Source: Mobula hypostoma
Lineage: Eukaryota
Assembly (NCBI RefSeq): GCF_963921235.1
Contig: NC_086097.1
Coordinates: 246,142,001 to 246,206,000, forward strand
Reading direction: 5' to 3'
Length of the DNA stretch: 64,000 bases
Both the position numbers and the translations under genes were made by a program. This document shows, one piece after another, positions 23,556 to 35,384 of the stretch. The number at the start of each line of letters is the position of its first letter. Within the stretch, counting starts at the first letter, position 1. The notes beneath the pieces are model-generated. The model was not told the DNA's origin. It did not search any database and saw nothing but the letters and a program-made list of their open reading frames with translations.

Positions 23556-23740
23556 TCAAATATGGTCTAACCTACATCTCATAAAGCCTCAGCATTACAT
23601 CTTTACTTTTATATTCTAGTTCTCTCAAAATGAATGATATATCAGAGATCATTTTCCAAATAGGAATTCACGTGTGGGATGCTCTTTGCTAAGGATGAAG
23701 AATACCTGCAGGTTTAGAAGAAGAGCAGACTGTGTCTATG

Positions 23741-24635
23741 ATTGAGTGAGCTTGGCCTTTTCTCCTTGGAGCAACGGAGGATGAGAGGTGACCTGATAGA
23801 GGTGTATAAGATGATGAGAGGCATTGATCGTGTGGAGAGTCAGAGGCTTTTTCCCAGGGCTGAAATGGCTAGCACAAGAGGGCACAGTTTTAAGGTGCTA
23901 GGAAGTAGGTATAGAGGAGATGTCAGGGGTAAGTTGTTTTTTTTTACGCAGAGAGTGGAGAGTGTGTGGAATGGGCTGCCAGCAATGGTTGTGGAGGCAG
24001 AAATGACAGGGTCTTTTAAGAGACTCCTGGATAGGTACATGGAGCTTAGAAAAATAGAGGGCTATGAGTAAGCCTAGATAGTTCTAAGGTAAGGACATGT
24101 TTGGCACTGCTTTGTGGGCCGAAGGGCCTGTATTGTGCTGGAGGTTTTCTATGTTCTATGTTCTTGTCTATGATGTAGGATGTAGAGAAGGTGCAAGGAG
24201 ATTTACCAGGATGCCGCATGAACTACAGGCCATGTCTCATGAGGAGAGGTTGAGTGAGTTAGGGGTTTTCTTTCTGGAGTGAAGCAGGATGAGGGGAGGT
24301 GTACAAGATGATAAGAGGCATAGAACGAATGGGCAGCCAGAGACTTTTTCCCTGAGTGGAAATGTCTAATACGAGGGGGCATAATTTTAATGTGATTGAA
24401 GGAAAGTATAGCGGGGACGGCAGAGGTAGGTTTTTTATGTAGAGAGTGGTGAGTGTGTGGAACACCCTGCCAGGGGTTGTGTTAGAGGCAGATACATTCA
24501 GGGCAGTTAAAAACTCGTAGATAGGCACATGGATGATAGAAAAGTGGAGGGCTATGTAGGAGGGAAGGGTTAGATTGGTCTCAGAGCAGGATAAAAGGTT
24601 GGCACAGTTTCATGGGCTGAAGGGTTCTATGTATG
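23741..24635 (+). mobile_element. Two tandem CR1 3' fragments (23741-24165 and about 24170-24635)
   Basis: ORF 23742-24071 LGLFSLEQRRMRGDLIEVYKMMRGIDRV; a second, older copy follows. Confidence 0.88.
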
Positions 24636-24689
24636 GTCTATTCATCCTTTCTCTATAACACAGACCGCCAAGTCCTGGCAACATCCTTG

Positions 24690-25932
24690 TAGTCAGATAT
24701 CCACTCTCGCCTCTCTTTTACACTTTATGTATCTGAAGAAACTCTGGGTATCCTCTTTAATATTATTGGCTACCTTAATTTCGCTTATGCCATCTTTTCC
24801 TTCTTAATGACTTTTTTATTATCTTCTCTTGGATTTTAAAAGCTTCCTCGTCCTCTAACTTCCCACTAATTTTTACTCTGTTATACACCCTCTCTTTGGC
24901 TTTGATGTTGGCTTTGACTTCTCTTGTTAGCCATGGTTATATCATCTTGCCTTTTGACTACTTCTTTGGAAGGACAAACCCCAAGGCAGAGTACAAAGTA
25001 AATGGCAGGATACTTGGTAGTGTGGAGGAGCAGAGGGATCTCGGGGTACATGTCCACAGATCCCTGAAAGTTGCCTCACAGGTGGATAGGGTAGTTAAGA
25101 AAGCTTATGGGGTGTTAGCTTTCATAAGTCGAGGGATAGAGTTTAAGAGTCGCAATGTAATGATGCAGCTCTATAAAACTCTGGTTAAGCCACACTTGGA
25201 GTATGGTGTCCAATTCTGGTCGCCTCACTATAGGAAGGATGTGGAAGCATTGGAAAGGGTACAGAGGAGATTTACCAGGATGCTGCCTGGTTTAGAGAGT
25301 ATGCATTATGATCAGAGATTAAGGGAGCTAGAGCTTTACTCTTTGGAGAGAGGGAAGATGAGAGGAGACATGATAGAGGTGTACAAGATAATAAGAGGAA
25401 TAGATAGAGTGGATAGCCAGCGCCTCTTCCCCAGGGCACCACTGCTCAATACAAGAGGACATGGCTTTAAGGTAAGGGGTGGGAAGTTCAAGGGGGATAT
25501 TAGAGGAAGGTTTTTACTCAGAGAGTGGTTGGTGCGTGGAATGCACTGCCTGAGTCAGTGGTGGAGGCAGATACACTAGTGAAGTTTAAGAGACTACTGG
25601 ACAGGTATACGGAGGAATTTAAGGTGGGGGGTTATATGGGAGGCAGGGTCTGAGGGTCAGCACAACATTGTGGGCCGAAGGGCCTGTACTGTGCTGTACT
25701 ATTCTATGTTCTATGTTCTTCCTCTTTGCGATGTATATATTCTGTGCCTTCTGAATTGCCTCCAGAAATTCCTGCCATTGCTGCTCTGCTATCATCCCTG
25801 CCAGTGTTCTTTTCCAATCAATTTTGGCCAGCTCCTCTCTCATGCCTCTCTAATTCCATTTTCTCCACTGTATTTCTGACTTTAGCTTCTCCTTCTTATA
25901 TTTCAGTATGAATTCAATCATATTATGACCAC
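24690..25932 (-). mobile_element. CR1 EN-RT linker fragment interrupted by a plus-strand CR1
   Basis: MREELAKIDW...QQWQEFLEAIQKAQNIYI (25619-25843) continues at 24965 downward. Confidence 0.75.
24968..25718 (+). mobile_element. Young CR1, 5'-truncated
   Basis: About 185 uninterrupted codons EQRDLGVHV...LYKTLVKPHLEYGVQFWSPHY...TRGHGFKV; (TCTATGT)n tail. Confidence 0.93.
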
Positions 25933-25956
25933 GGTTCTAGTGCTTTCCTGGCTTAT

Positions 25957-28650
25957 AACATAAGAACATAAGAAATAGGAGCAGGAGTCGGCCATCTGGC
26001 CCATCGAGCCTGCCCCGCCATTCAATAAGATCATGGCTGATCTGTCCGTAAACTTAGCTCTATCTACCTGCCTTTTCCCCATAACCCTTAATTCTCCTAC
26101 TATGTAAAAATCTATCCAACTGTATCTTAAATATATTTAGTGAAAAAGCCTCAAATGCTTCCCTGGGCAAAGAATTCCACAGATTCAGCACTCTCTGGGA
26201 AAAACAGTTTCTCATCTCCATCCTAAATCTTCTCCCCTGAATCTTGAGGCAATGTTCCCCAGTTCTAGTCTCACCTACCGATGGAAACAACTTTCCTACT
26301 TCTATCTTATCTATCCCTTCCAAAATTTTGTATGTTTCTATAAGATCCCTTCTCATTCTTCTGAATTCCAGAGAGTCCCAGGTGACTCAATCTCGCATCA
26401 TAGGTTAACCCCTTCATCTCTGGAATCAACCTGGTGAACCTCCTCTGCACCGCCTCCAAAGTCAGTATATCCTTCCTCAAGTATGGAGACCAGAACTGCC
26501 CACAGTACTCCAGGTGCAGCCTCACCAGTACCCTGTATAGTTGCAGCATGACCTCCCTGCTCTTGAATTCCATCCCTCTAGCAATGAAGGCCAACATTCT
26601 GTTTGCCTTCTTAATAACCTGTTGAACCTACAAGCCAACTTTTTGCGATTCATGAACAAGCACTCCCTAGTCCCTCTGCACAACAGCATGCTGCAATCTT
26701 TCACCGTTTAAATCATAATCTATTATTGCTTCCAAAGTGGATGATCTCACATTCTATCACATCCTGTCTGCCCTCTACCCTGGACCCCCATCAAGTTGCC
26801 TATCGCACCAACAGGTTAACAGAGGACGCCATCTCCACGGCACTTCACTCTGCCCTGACCCACCTGGACAGCTCCAACTCTTATGTCAGAATGCTGTTCA
26901 TTGACTTTAGTTCAGCGTTCAATACTGTGATCTCCGCCAAGCTGATCACCAAACTTCGTCAGCTTGGTATCAGTGTATCCCTCTGCAATTGGACTTGGAC
27001 TTTCTGACTAACAGACCCCAATCAGTTAAGCTAGACAACCTCTCCTCCTCCACTCTCACCCTGAACACCGGCGTGCCTCAAGGCTGTGTGCTGAGCCCTC
27101 TTCTGTACTCCCTTTTCACCTATGACTGCGTTCCTGTACATGGTTCTAACTCCATAATCAAGTTCACAGACGACACCACAGTGGTTGGCCTGATCAGAGG
27201 GGATGACGAGACGGCCTACATGGACGAGGTCCAGCACCTGGCTGCGTGGTGTGCCGACAACAATCTGGCCCTTAACACCCAGAAGACCAAGGAGATCATT
27301 GTGGACTTCAGGTATGCCAGGAGTCACACTCACGCCGCCATCTACATCAACGGAACTGTAGTGGAGAGTGTATCAAGCTTCAAATTCCTTGGTGTCCACA
27401 TTTCCGAGGATCTCACCTGGTCCCTGAACTCCTCCATCCTGATCAAAAAGGTGCAGCACTGCCTTTATTTCCTGCGGAGCATCAAGAAAGCTCACCTCTG
27501 TCCCAGGATACTGATGGACTTTTACCGCTGTACCATTGAGAGCATACTCACCAACTGCATCTCAGTGTGGTTAGGCAATTGTCCCATATCGGACCGCAAA
27601 GCACTCCAGTGTGTGGTGAAAACTGCCCAGCGGATTATCGGCACCCAATTGCCCACCATTGAGAACATTTACCATAAACGCTGCCTGGGCAGGGCAAGAA
27701 ACATTATCAGGAATGCACCTCACCCTAACCTTGGACTTTTTACTCTCCTCCCATCCGGTAGGCGCTACAGGAGCCTCCGCTCCCGCACCAGCAGGCTCAG
27801 GAAGAGCTTCTTCCCTGAGGCTGTGACACTGCTGAACCTCACATCACAGCGCTAAGCAGTACTGCACCCATATTGTGCTGTCTCAGTACTTTCATATTTG
27901 TGTGCTGAAGCACTTTTTTATTCGCAGTTATTTTGTAAATAACACTATTCTTTGCATTTCTGGTCAGATGCTAAATGCATTTCATTGGTTTTGTATCTGT
28001 ACTCGGCACAATGACAATAAAGTTGGATCTAATCTAATCTAATCTAATCTAATTTACCAACATTGTATTCCATCTACCAGATCTTGGCCCACTCACTTAA
28101 CCTATCTATATCCCTCTGTAGACTCTCCACATCCTCTGTACAATTTGCTTTTCCACTCAGTTTAGTGCCATCAGCAAATTTTGCTATGCTACACTCAGCC
28201 CCCCTTCCAAATCATCAATGTAAATGGTAAACAGCTGCGGGCCCAGCACCGAACCCTGCGGCACCCCACTCACCACTGACTGCCAACCGGAGAAACACCC
28301 ATTTTTACCAACTCTCTGCCATCTATCGGTTAACCAATCCACTATCCATGCCAATACACTTCCTCCAACTCCATGCATACATATCTTATTTATAAGTCTC
28401 TTGTGCAGCACCTTATCAAACGCCTTCTGGAAATCCAAGTACACAACATCCACCTGTTCCCCTCTATAAACAGCACTCATTATGTCCTCAAAGAACTTCA
28501 GTAAGTTTGTCAAACAGGACCTGCCCTTTCTGAATCCGTGCTGCGTTTGTCTAATAGAACCACTCCTTTCTGAATGTTTTGTTATTTCTTCCTTAATGAC
28601 AGCTTCAAGCATTTTCCCAACTACAGATGTTAAGCTATCTGGCCTATAGT
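25957..28650 (-). mobile_element. CR1 RT region to 3' tail, split by Rex1 at 26754-28052
   Basis: [14 protein letters not shown]...[11 protein letters not shown]...[21 protein letters not shown] (28184-28612); C-terminal ORFs 26060-26597; (TTCTTATG)n tail. Confidence 0.93.
26754..28052 (+). mobile_element. Young Rex1/Babar-type LINE, RT through 3' tail, one frameshift near 26995
   Basis: LDPHQVAYR...MLFIDFSSAFNTV; GVPQGCVLSPLLYSLFT...KFTDDTTVVG...SFFPEAVTLLN (26989-27855); (AATCT)n tail. Confidence 0.94.
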
Positions 28651-28699
28651 ATCAAATAAATTCCTCTTGGCCTTCCAGCCAGCTACAGCTATTGATGAT

Positions 28700-28742
28700 A
28701 TTCAACTTTTCAATGACAAACTCCGCCATCTTCATCAGGAAT
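28700..28742 (-). ncRNA. Hammerhead ribozyme motif, second family, long stem II
   Basis: ATTC-CTGATGA-A-GATGGCGG agt TTGTCATT-GAAA-AG-TT-GAAT. Confidence 0.65.
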
Positions 28743-28815
28743 GATGCCTCAGCAGGTCTAGTTTAGGTGATGTTTGGATGAGGACTAACCAATCAACTGT
28801 CCCACCTGATTGGTT

Positions 28816-29367
28816 AGTCATAGTCATAGTCATACTTTATTGATCTCGGGGGAAATTGGTTTTCATTACAGTTGCACCATAAATAATAAATAGTAATAAA
28901 ACCATAAATAGTTAAATAGTAATATGTAAATTATGCCAGTAAATTATGAAATAAGTCCAGGACCAGCCTATTGGCTCAGGGTGTCTGACCCTCCAAGGGA
29001 GGAGTTGTAAAGTTTGATGGCCACAGGCAGGAATGACTTCCTATGATGCTCTGTGTTGCATCTCGGTGGAATGAGTCTCTGGCTGAATGTACTCCTGTGC
29101 CCACCCAGTACATTATGTAGTGGATGGGAGACATTGTCCAGGATGGCATGCAACTTGGACAGCATCCTCTTTTCAGATACCACCGTCAGAGAGTCCAGTT
29201 CCATCCCCACAACATCACTGGCCTTACGAATGAGTTTGTTGATTCTGTTGGTGTCTGCTACCCTCAGCCTGCTGCCCCAGCACACAACAGCAAACATGAT
29301 AGCACTGGCCAGCACAGACTCGTACAACATCCTCAGCATCGTGCGGCAGATGTTAAAGGCCTCAGTC
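28816..29367 (-). mobile_element. Rex1-type 3' fragment (distinct subfamily)
   Basis: MLRMLYESVLASAIMFAVVCWG...SHPLH...KSFLPVAIKLYN; (CTATGA)n tail. Confidence 0.88.
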
Positions 29368-29714
29368 CTCATCCAATTAGGTTTCCACTTGGTTACAATG
29401 GAAATCCAGTTCTTATTTAGAGTGAGGCCTTTGCCTTTGTTAAAATGCTTTTGCTTTAGTTTTATCTCAATGGCTTCCTTTACCGGGTGGTCCCAAAAGC
29501 CAATAGTATGACACAGTTTCTGAAATCGCTCCATAGATCTGCCTAACCTGCTGAGGTCCTACAGCATTTTGCATGTGTCGTCCTGGATTTTCAGCATCTG
29601 CAGAATCTCTTGTGTAAATAAGAACTTATCCAATTTCTCTTTCAACATTATCAATGACCTTTCAATGTTGCATTCCAGATTACAACATCGCGTTGCACGA
29701 ATTTTCATTTCTCT

Positions 29715-29841
29715 CACGAGGAATTCTGCAGATGCTGGAAATTCAAGCAACACACATCAAAGTTGCTGGTGAACGCAGCAGGCCAGGCAACATCTCTAGG
29801 AAGAGGTACAGTTGACGTTTTGGGCCGAGACCATTCGTCAG
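29715..29841 (-). mobile_element. PLE terminal unit, hammerhead mutated; an opposite-strand terminal piece lies at about 29533-29614
   Basis: Minus strand CTGACGAATGGTCTCGGCCCAAAACGTCAACTG. Confidence 0.85.
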
Positions 29842-30199
29842 TCCAATGGTAGTATCTCACACATTTCATTCTGGTCTAGCCTGGGATTGGTTTACACTTC
29901 AATTTGAAGGCGTGTAAGGATCAGTCATCTGTCTGCAATTTGGAAATTAGCTCATTTCATACCCAGGGAATATTTATGGTTCAACGAGTCTAAACATGCT
30001 CTGTATAACTTCTCTCTTTCAACAATACACATAGCCAGGTGTATCTGTTATTAGATACACAGTACAATACAAAACACTTCACATTCAGCGTATCTCACCC
30101 AAGGGCAGCTGCCTCAATACCAGTGGTGTTTGGACCCACACTTCCACAGTCCCGTCGTAATTCAAACAGATGCACACCATCGCTGGAGGTTTCAGATAT

Positions 30200-30722
30200 A
30201 ATTATGTTATATGCTGAGGCTTTATAAGGGCAAACTTGGAGTATTGTGGGCAGTTCTGGCCCCCTTATCTAAGAAAAGAGAGTTCAGAGGATGTTCACGA
30301 GAATGATCCTGGGAAGGAAATGGTTAATGTATTAGGAGCGTTTGCTGGCTTTGGCCTGTACCTGCTGGAGTTTGGAAGAGTGAGGAGGGATCTAATTGAA
30401 ATTGATCCAGTGTTGAAAGGTCTAGATAGAATGGACATGGAGAGGATATTTCCTTTAGTGAGGGAGTCTAGGACCGGAGGGCACAGTTCAGAATAGAGGG
30501 AACCGATGAAGAGGAATTTCTTTAGTTAGAGAGTGGCGAATCCATGGAACTCATTGCCCTGGAAAGTTGTGGAGGCCAAGTCTTTGGGTGTATTTAAAGC
30601 AGAGCTTGATAAGTTCATGATTAGTAAGGGTATCAAAAGTTACAGCGAGAAGGCAGCCGAATGGGATTGAGGAGGGAAAATAAATCAGCCATGATGGAAT
30701 GAAGGAGCAGATTCAAGCTCAA
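30200..30722 (+). mobile_element. CR1 3' fragment, degenerate
   Basis: EYCGQFWPPYLRK...RRDLIEIDPVLKGLDRMDMERIFPLVRESRTGGHS. Confidence 0.85.
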
Positions 30723-31147
30723 TGCCTTCCTTCTGTTCCCAAGTCGTCACCCAGACCAACATTTGCAATGTTGAGGTCCGAGTGAAGGTCAAGGCTATGG
30801 ACGGACAGTTCTGTGTGGGAGTGGAAAGAAGAGTTAACGTGCCTTCTGTCTTCAGTTTAGTAATTATGACTCTCACCCCAGGCTGGGACGTTAATTATCC
30901 TCAGGGGCACCTGCATTTGCCTTTGTCCATTCTGGAACAGAACCGTTCAGCATGACCTTCTGATGTTGCTATTTAGCCAAGATCAGGTCTATGACACGGA
31001 GCTGAAAAGTCACAGAGAAACAGGCCCTTCAGCACAACCCGTCCGTGCTGCTCTTTCCCACCGACTCTAATCCCACGTTCCAACATTAACATCGGTTCCT
31101 TCTATCCTCTGTCTATTTACGTGTTGGTTCAAAAACCTCTCAAACAG

Positions 31148-31483
31148 CAGAATCTGAATCAGGTTTAACATCACCGGCATTTGTCGTGAAATTTGTTGTT
31201 TTGCGGCAGTAGTACGTTGCAATTCATTATAATATAAACTATAAATTACTATAAGAGTTATACACGAGTGTAAATATATATGAAGTTTAAATTAAATAAG
31301 CAGTGCAAAAAGAACAAGAAAGTGATGCCGTGTACACGGGTTCATTCAGAGATCTGATGGCAGAGAGGAAGAAGCTGTTCCTGAATCACTGAGTGTGCGT
31401 CTTCAGGCTCCTGTACCTCCTCCCTGATGGTGGCAATGAGAAGAGGGCATGTCCTGGGTGATGGGGGTCCTTAATGATGGATA
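31148..31483 (-). mobile_element. Rex1-type 3' tail
   Basis: Reverse complement of the IIKDPHHPGHALFSLPPSGRRYRSL region and tail. Confidence 0.85.
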
Positions 31484-31789
31484 CATAGTAACTGTATCTA
31501 ATTCCATCATCCCTGGCAATATATTGCAGGTATCAGCCGTTCTCCGTCTGAAACAACATTACCCCTGAAAGGTTGTGAGACCATAAGATCATAAGACACA
31601 GGAGCAGAATTAGGCTGTTCAATCCTTCGAGTCTACTCCACCATTCCATAATGGCTGGTTTATTATCCCTGTGAACCTCATTCTCCAGCCTTCTCCCTGT
31701 AATCTTTGACACCCTTAATAATCAAGAACCTTTCAACCTTAGGATCTGCGCTGTAGTGCTCTATGACTCCATGTTTAAAGTGAGGGGGA

Positions 31790-33116
31790 AAATATTTAGA
31801 CTGTGTGATGGTATTGAGTAATGGATCTATATCTAATATTTATGTTATGTGGCTGGGAATGAGAAATATTCCTTCAGACAAAATTAAAAATCTCTGGGAA
31901 CAAGATTTACAGATTTTAATTTCTGAGGATACTTAGAGTGAAAATTTTAAATTGGTTAATACCTCATCGTTATGTGCCCGTCATTCCCTTCTACAATTTA
32001 AAGTGGTTCATAGGGCCCGCATGACTAAAGATAAGCTGCAAACATGAGAAACCCTCTGTCCCTCTCTCTATATCATCCCTCTGTCCCTCTCACTATATCT
32101 TCCTCTGATGCTCCCCTCCCCCTTGTCTTTCTCCCTGGGCCTCCTGTCCCATGATTCTCTCATATCCCTTTTGCCAATCACCTGTCCAGCTCTTGGCTCC
32201 ATCCCTCCCCCTCCTGTCTTCTCCTATCATTTTGGATCTCCCCCTCCCCCTCCAACTTTCAGATCTCTTACTAACTCTTTCTTCAGTTAGTCCTGACCAA
32301 GGGTCTCAGCCCGAAACGTCGACTGTACCTCTTCCTATAGATGCTGCCTGGCCTGCTGCGTTCCACCAGCATTTTGTATGTGTTGCTTAAAGATAAGCTG
32401 TCTTGTCTTTATTCGGCTATATCTCCCCATCGTGATAGACGTAACAATGGAGAAGCTTCACTAATCCATATGTTTTGGATTTGTCCGAGTCTTGAAAAAT
32501 ATTGGAAGGAAGTATTCCAAACCTTTTCGGTGCTTTTTAAAGTAAATTTTAAACCTAATCCTTTGACTGCCTTATTTGGTATTGTTGGAGGAAATGATAT
32601 TATTTTGGAGACACATGATTTGCCTATTTTGGCCTTTATGTCTCCTATAGCCAGGAGGGCATTGTTGCTTAAGTGGAAGGATGCCTCTCCACCTAGTCAT
32701 ACTCTTTGGTTACATGATGTTATGTCATCCTTAAATTTAGAGAAGATTCGCTTTTCAATTTCTGAACCTAGACAAGATTTTTTTTTAAACATTGTGGGGA
32801 CTTTTTTTGAATTATATTCAAAATCTTTGATTTGCTATTAAGCACAGATGTTGGCTAACAATATGTTTTATTATACGATAAGGCTTTTTTCCCTTTTTTT
32901 TAACCAAACAGCTATTTTTTTCTCTGGTAGTGGGTTTAGATTTTTTTGTATAATAAAATTATCCCTTTCCAATATTATGTTTAAATTTAATGTATATGGA
33001 TATGGGGTAATGAGACTATATTTGTGATTTCAATATATTGTAATCAATATATATTATATATCCTATTGTACTCTGTATTCTTTTATGAAAGAAATCAATA
33101 AAAATTTTGAAAAAGA
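31790..33116 (+). mobile_element. L1-clade (fish-type) LINE, ORF2 C-terminus plus AT-rich 3' UTR, split by a PLE
   Basis: SSLCARHSLLQFKVVHRA...HMFWICPSLEKYW...LTALFG...ARRALLLKWK...LNLEKIRF; AATAAA and A-rich end at about 33097-33116. Confidence 0.85.
32039..32387 (+). mobile_element. PLE UTR plus terminal unit, 13-bp TSD, hammerhead G8 to C
   Basis: TAAAGATAAGCTG at 32026-32038 and 32388-32400; inverted terminal stub CAAACATGAGAAA; AGTCCTGACCAAGGGTCTCAGCCCGAAACGTCGACTG. Confidence 0.9.
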
Positions 33117-33202
33117 GTTTGCTGACTGTGAAATTCTAATATCAAACGAAGATCTTAATTCCTATCAGATATAGATAGCTACAGGTACCTTCACTAAAGG
33201 GC

Positions 33203-35195
33203 ATAGAAACATAGAAATTTACAGCACATGACAGGCTATTCGGCCCACAGTGTTGTGCCGACCATGTAACCTACTCTAGAAGCAGCAGAGATTTACCCTA
33301 CCACATAGCCCTCTATTTTTCTAAGCTCCATGTACCTATTTAAGAGACTCTTAACAGACCTTATTGTATCCACCTCTACCACCTTCACTGGCAGTGCATT
33401 CCACGCACCCACCACTCTCTGTGTGAAAAATTTACCTCTGAAATCCCCCTTGTACCTACTTCCAAGCACGTTAAAACTATGTCCCCTCATATTAACTATT
33501 TCAGCCCTGGGAAAAAGCTTCTGGCTATCCACATGATCAATGCCTCTCATCATCTTATACACCTCTATCAGGTCACCTCTCATCCTCCATCGCTTCAAGG
33601 AGAAAAGGCTAAGTTCACTCAGCCTATTCTCATAAGGCATGCTCCCCAATCCAGGCAACATCCTTGTAAATCTCCTCTGCACTCTCTCTATAGTATCCAC
33701 ATCCTTCCTGTAGTGAGGTGACCAGAACTGAACACAGTACTCCAAGTGGGGTCTGACCAAGGTCTTATATAGCTGTAACATTACCTCACAGCTCTTGACC
33801 TCAGTCCCACGGTTGATGAAGGCCAACATACCATATACCTTCTTAGCAACACTATCAACCTGCACTGTAGCTTTGAGTGTCCTATGGACACGGACCCCAA
33901 GATCTCACTGATCTTCCACACTGCCAAAAGTGTTACCATTTATATTATATTCTGTCTTCAAAATTGACCTACTGAAATGAAACACCTCACACTTATCTGG
34001 GTTGAACTCCATCTGCCACTTCTCAGCCCAGTTCTGCATCCTATCAATGTCCCGCTGTAACCTCTGAAAACCTTCCAGACTATCCACAACACCCCCAACC
34101 TTTGTGTCATCAGCAAACTTACTAACTCACCCTTCTACTTCCTCATCCAGGTCATTTATAAAAATCACAAAGAGGAGGGGTCCCAGAACAGAACCCTGAG
34201 GCACACCACTGGTCACCGACCTCCATGCAGAATATGACCCGTCTACAACCACTCTTTGCCTTCCGTGGGCAAGCCAATTCTGGATCCATAAAGCAAGGCC
34301 TCCTTGGATCCTATGCCTCATTACTTTTTGAAGGAGCCTTTCATGGGGAATCTTATCAAATGCCTTACTGAAATCCATATGCACTACATCTACTGCTCTA
34401 CCTTCATCAATGTATTTTGCTACATCCTCAAAGAATTCAATCAGGCTCATAAGGCATGACAAAGCCATGCTGACTGTCCCTAATCAGATTATGTCTCTCC
34501 AAATGCTCAGAAATCCTCCTCTCAGAATTTTCTCCAACAACTTGTCCACTAAGACTCACTAGTCTATAATCTCCTGGGGTTATCCCTACTCCCTTTCTTG
34601 AACAAGGGAACAACATTTGCAACCCTCCAATCCTCCGGTACATCTCTGGTCCCTGGTGATGATGCAAAGTTCATCGCCAGAGGCTCGGCAATCTCCTCCC
34701 TCACTTCCCATAGAAGCCTGGTCCCGACTACCTAATGCCTTTCAAAAGCTCCAGCACATCCTCTTTCTTAATGTCTAAATACTCAAGCATTTCAGTCCGC
34801 TGTAAGTCATCACTACAATTACCATGGTCCTTTTCACTGGTGAATACTGAAGCAAAGTACTTATTCATTAAGTACCTCTGCTACCTCCTTCAGCTCTATG
34901 CACATGTTTCCACTATCGCACCTGATTGGTCCTATTCTCACATGGCTCATCCTCTTGCTCTTCACATACTTGTAGAATGCCTTGGAGTTTTCCTTAATCT
35001 TGTTTGCTAAGGTCTTCTCTTGGCTCCTTCTAGCTCTCTTTATTTCATTCTTGAGCTCCTTTCTGGCACCTTTGTAATTTTCTAGAGCTCTAACAGTATC
35101 TAGTTTCTTGAACCATTCGTAAGCTATTCTTTTCTTCTTAAATAGATTTTCTACATCCTTTGTACACCATGGTTTCTTTACCCAACCATCCTTTC
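33203..35195 (-). mobile_element. CR1, about 2 kb of ORF2 with frameshifts, plus tail
   Basis: [22 protein letters not shown]...[35 protein letters not shown] 33293-33865. Confidence 0.94.
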
Positions 35196-35384
35196 CAGGA
35201 GGTTGTACTGTACTCACCTACTCTTCAAAGGCTAGATCTCTTCCCAGTTTATCGTCCATGTCGAGTTTAGTTGCCAGTAATGACTATTTGAGTGGTGGTT
35301 CCCCCTCCATACCAAGGAGGAGATACTTTCAGCTAACAAAGTAGATTAAACATAATTCATGTATAGTTAATGATACACGTATGT

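Larger units (their letters stand above)
28655..29520 (-). mobile_element. Second PLE family (Penelope/Poseidon-like) 3' end, split by Rex1
   Basis: VKEAIEIKLKQKHFNKGKGLTLNKNW matches the EAIEI...N...G..L...W endonuclease C-terminus; downstream hammerhead. Confidence 0.7.

Noticed and set aside
23664..23711. Possible 48-bp exon (EFTCGMLFAKDEEYLQ)
   Set aside because: Weak GTTTAG donor, short pyrimidine tract, unrecognised peptide
28968..29534. 188-aa ORF as a novel PLE-Rex1 fusion protein
   Set aside because: Chance in-frame junction of two truncated fragments created by the insertion
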